DNA of 64,000 nucleotides from Octopus sinensis (Eukaryota): NCBI RefSeq assembly GCF_006345805.1, contig NC_043013.1, positions 7,378,001 to 7,442,000 of the forward strand, read 5' to 3'. Shown piece by piece: positions 63,659 to 64,000 of this stretch (position 1 is its first letter; each line of letters starts with the position of its first letter). The notes under the pieces were generated by a model. It saw only the letters and a program-made list of their open reading frames with translations, ran no database searches and was not told where the DNA came from. The position numbers and the translations under genes were made by a program.

Positions 63659-63750
63659 CTTCACAGCATGTGTTGATGAAACTTTCACTGATCCACACTC
63701 AGTTGTGTCTGTCCCAATAACCTACTTGCCATCACTTTCAACAACACTCC
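63659..63750 (-). pseudogene. Disrupted remnant of exon E2 in gene C
   Basis: Ends TTC ATC AAC ACA TGC TGT GAA G|gtatga (gene A: TTT ACC GAG AAA TGT ACT GAA G|gtatgt). Internal CAGACACAACTGAGTGTGGATCAG resembles gene A CAAACTCATATGGAATGTGATTCAG but is frameshifted. A SINE (63752-63943) occupies the acceptor position. Confidence 0.5.
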
Positions 63751-64000
63751 TTCCGATACACAGGAATTCCCCACCTGGTTGGGACGCTGATCCATCGTAG
63801 GATTATTCATTTTTGCCAGCTGAATGGACTGGAGTAATGTGAAATGAAGTGTTTTGCTCAAGAACACAATGTGTTGCTGGTCCAGGAATCGAAACCTCAA
63901 TCTTACAATCATGAGTCCAACACCCTAACTAATAAGCCTCCACCCTATGACCCATAACCTTATACTGGTCAACAGTGTGATTTTTTGGGGACTCTTGTTC

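Overview
This is AT-rich, repeat-dense animal genomic DNA. The SINE/LINE families and long (TA)n/(CA)n microsatellites point to an octopus genome (inference). Almost all ORFs in the supplied track are microsatellite or SINE artefacts; the real genes are spliced. I reconstruct four things. (1) The 3' exons of a TIMELESS-like gene on + (67-6711). (2) A cluster of three paralogous genes for small secreted Cys-rich proteins. Gene A (+, CDS 18965-30739, 203 aa) has a signal peptide, an IGFBP-N-like domain and thyroglobulin type-1 repeats. Gene B (-, CDS 52553-44026, about 120 aa) faces it. Gene C (-, partial, 62116-60257) presumably has its first exon beyond the window. The intron flanks of these paralogs are still alignable while the middle exons are barely recognisable, and B and C have lost exons and recruited A's 3'UTR exon as coding. 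(3) Between the convergent genes A and B, a locally amplified ~0.3-kb unit (at least 6 copies, one inverted) with recurring hairpins and a ~650-nt fold-back, a candidate structured or hairpin RNA locus. (4) Many mobile elements: tRNA-derived SINEs, RTE, CR1-like and R2/Hero-like LINE relics, Tc1/mariner, piggyBac and Merlin-like elements, and Penelope-type repeats carrying minimal hammerhead motifs. All alignments were done by eye and no database search was run.
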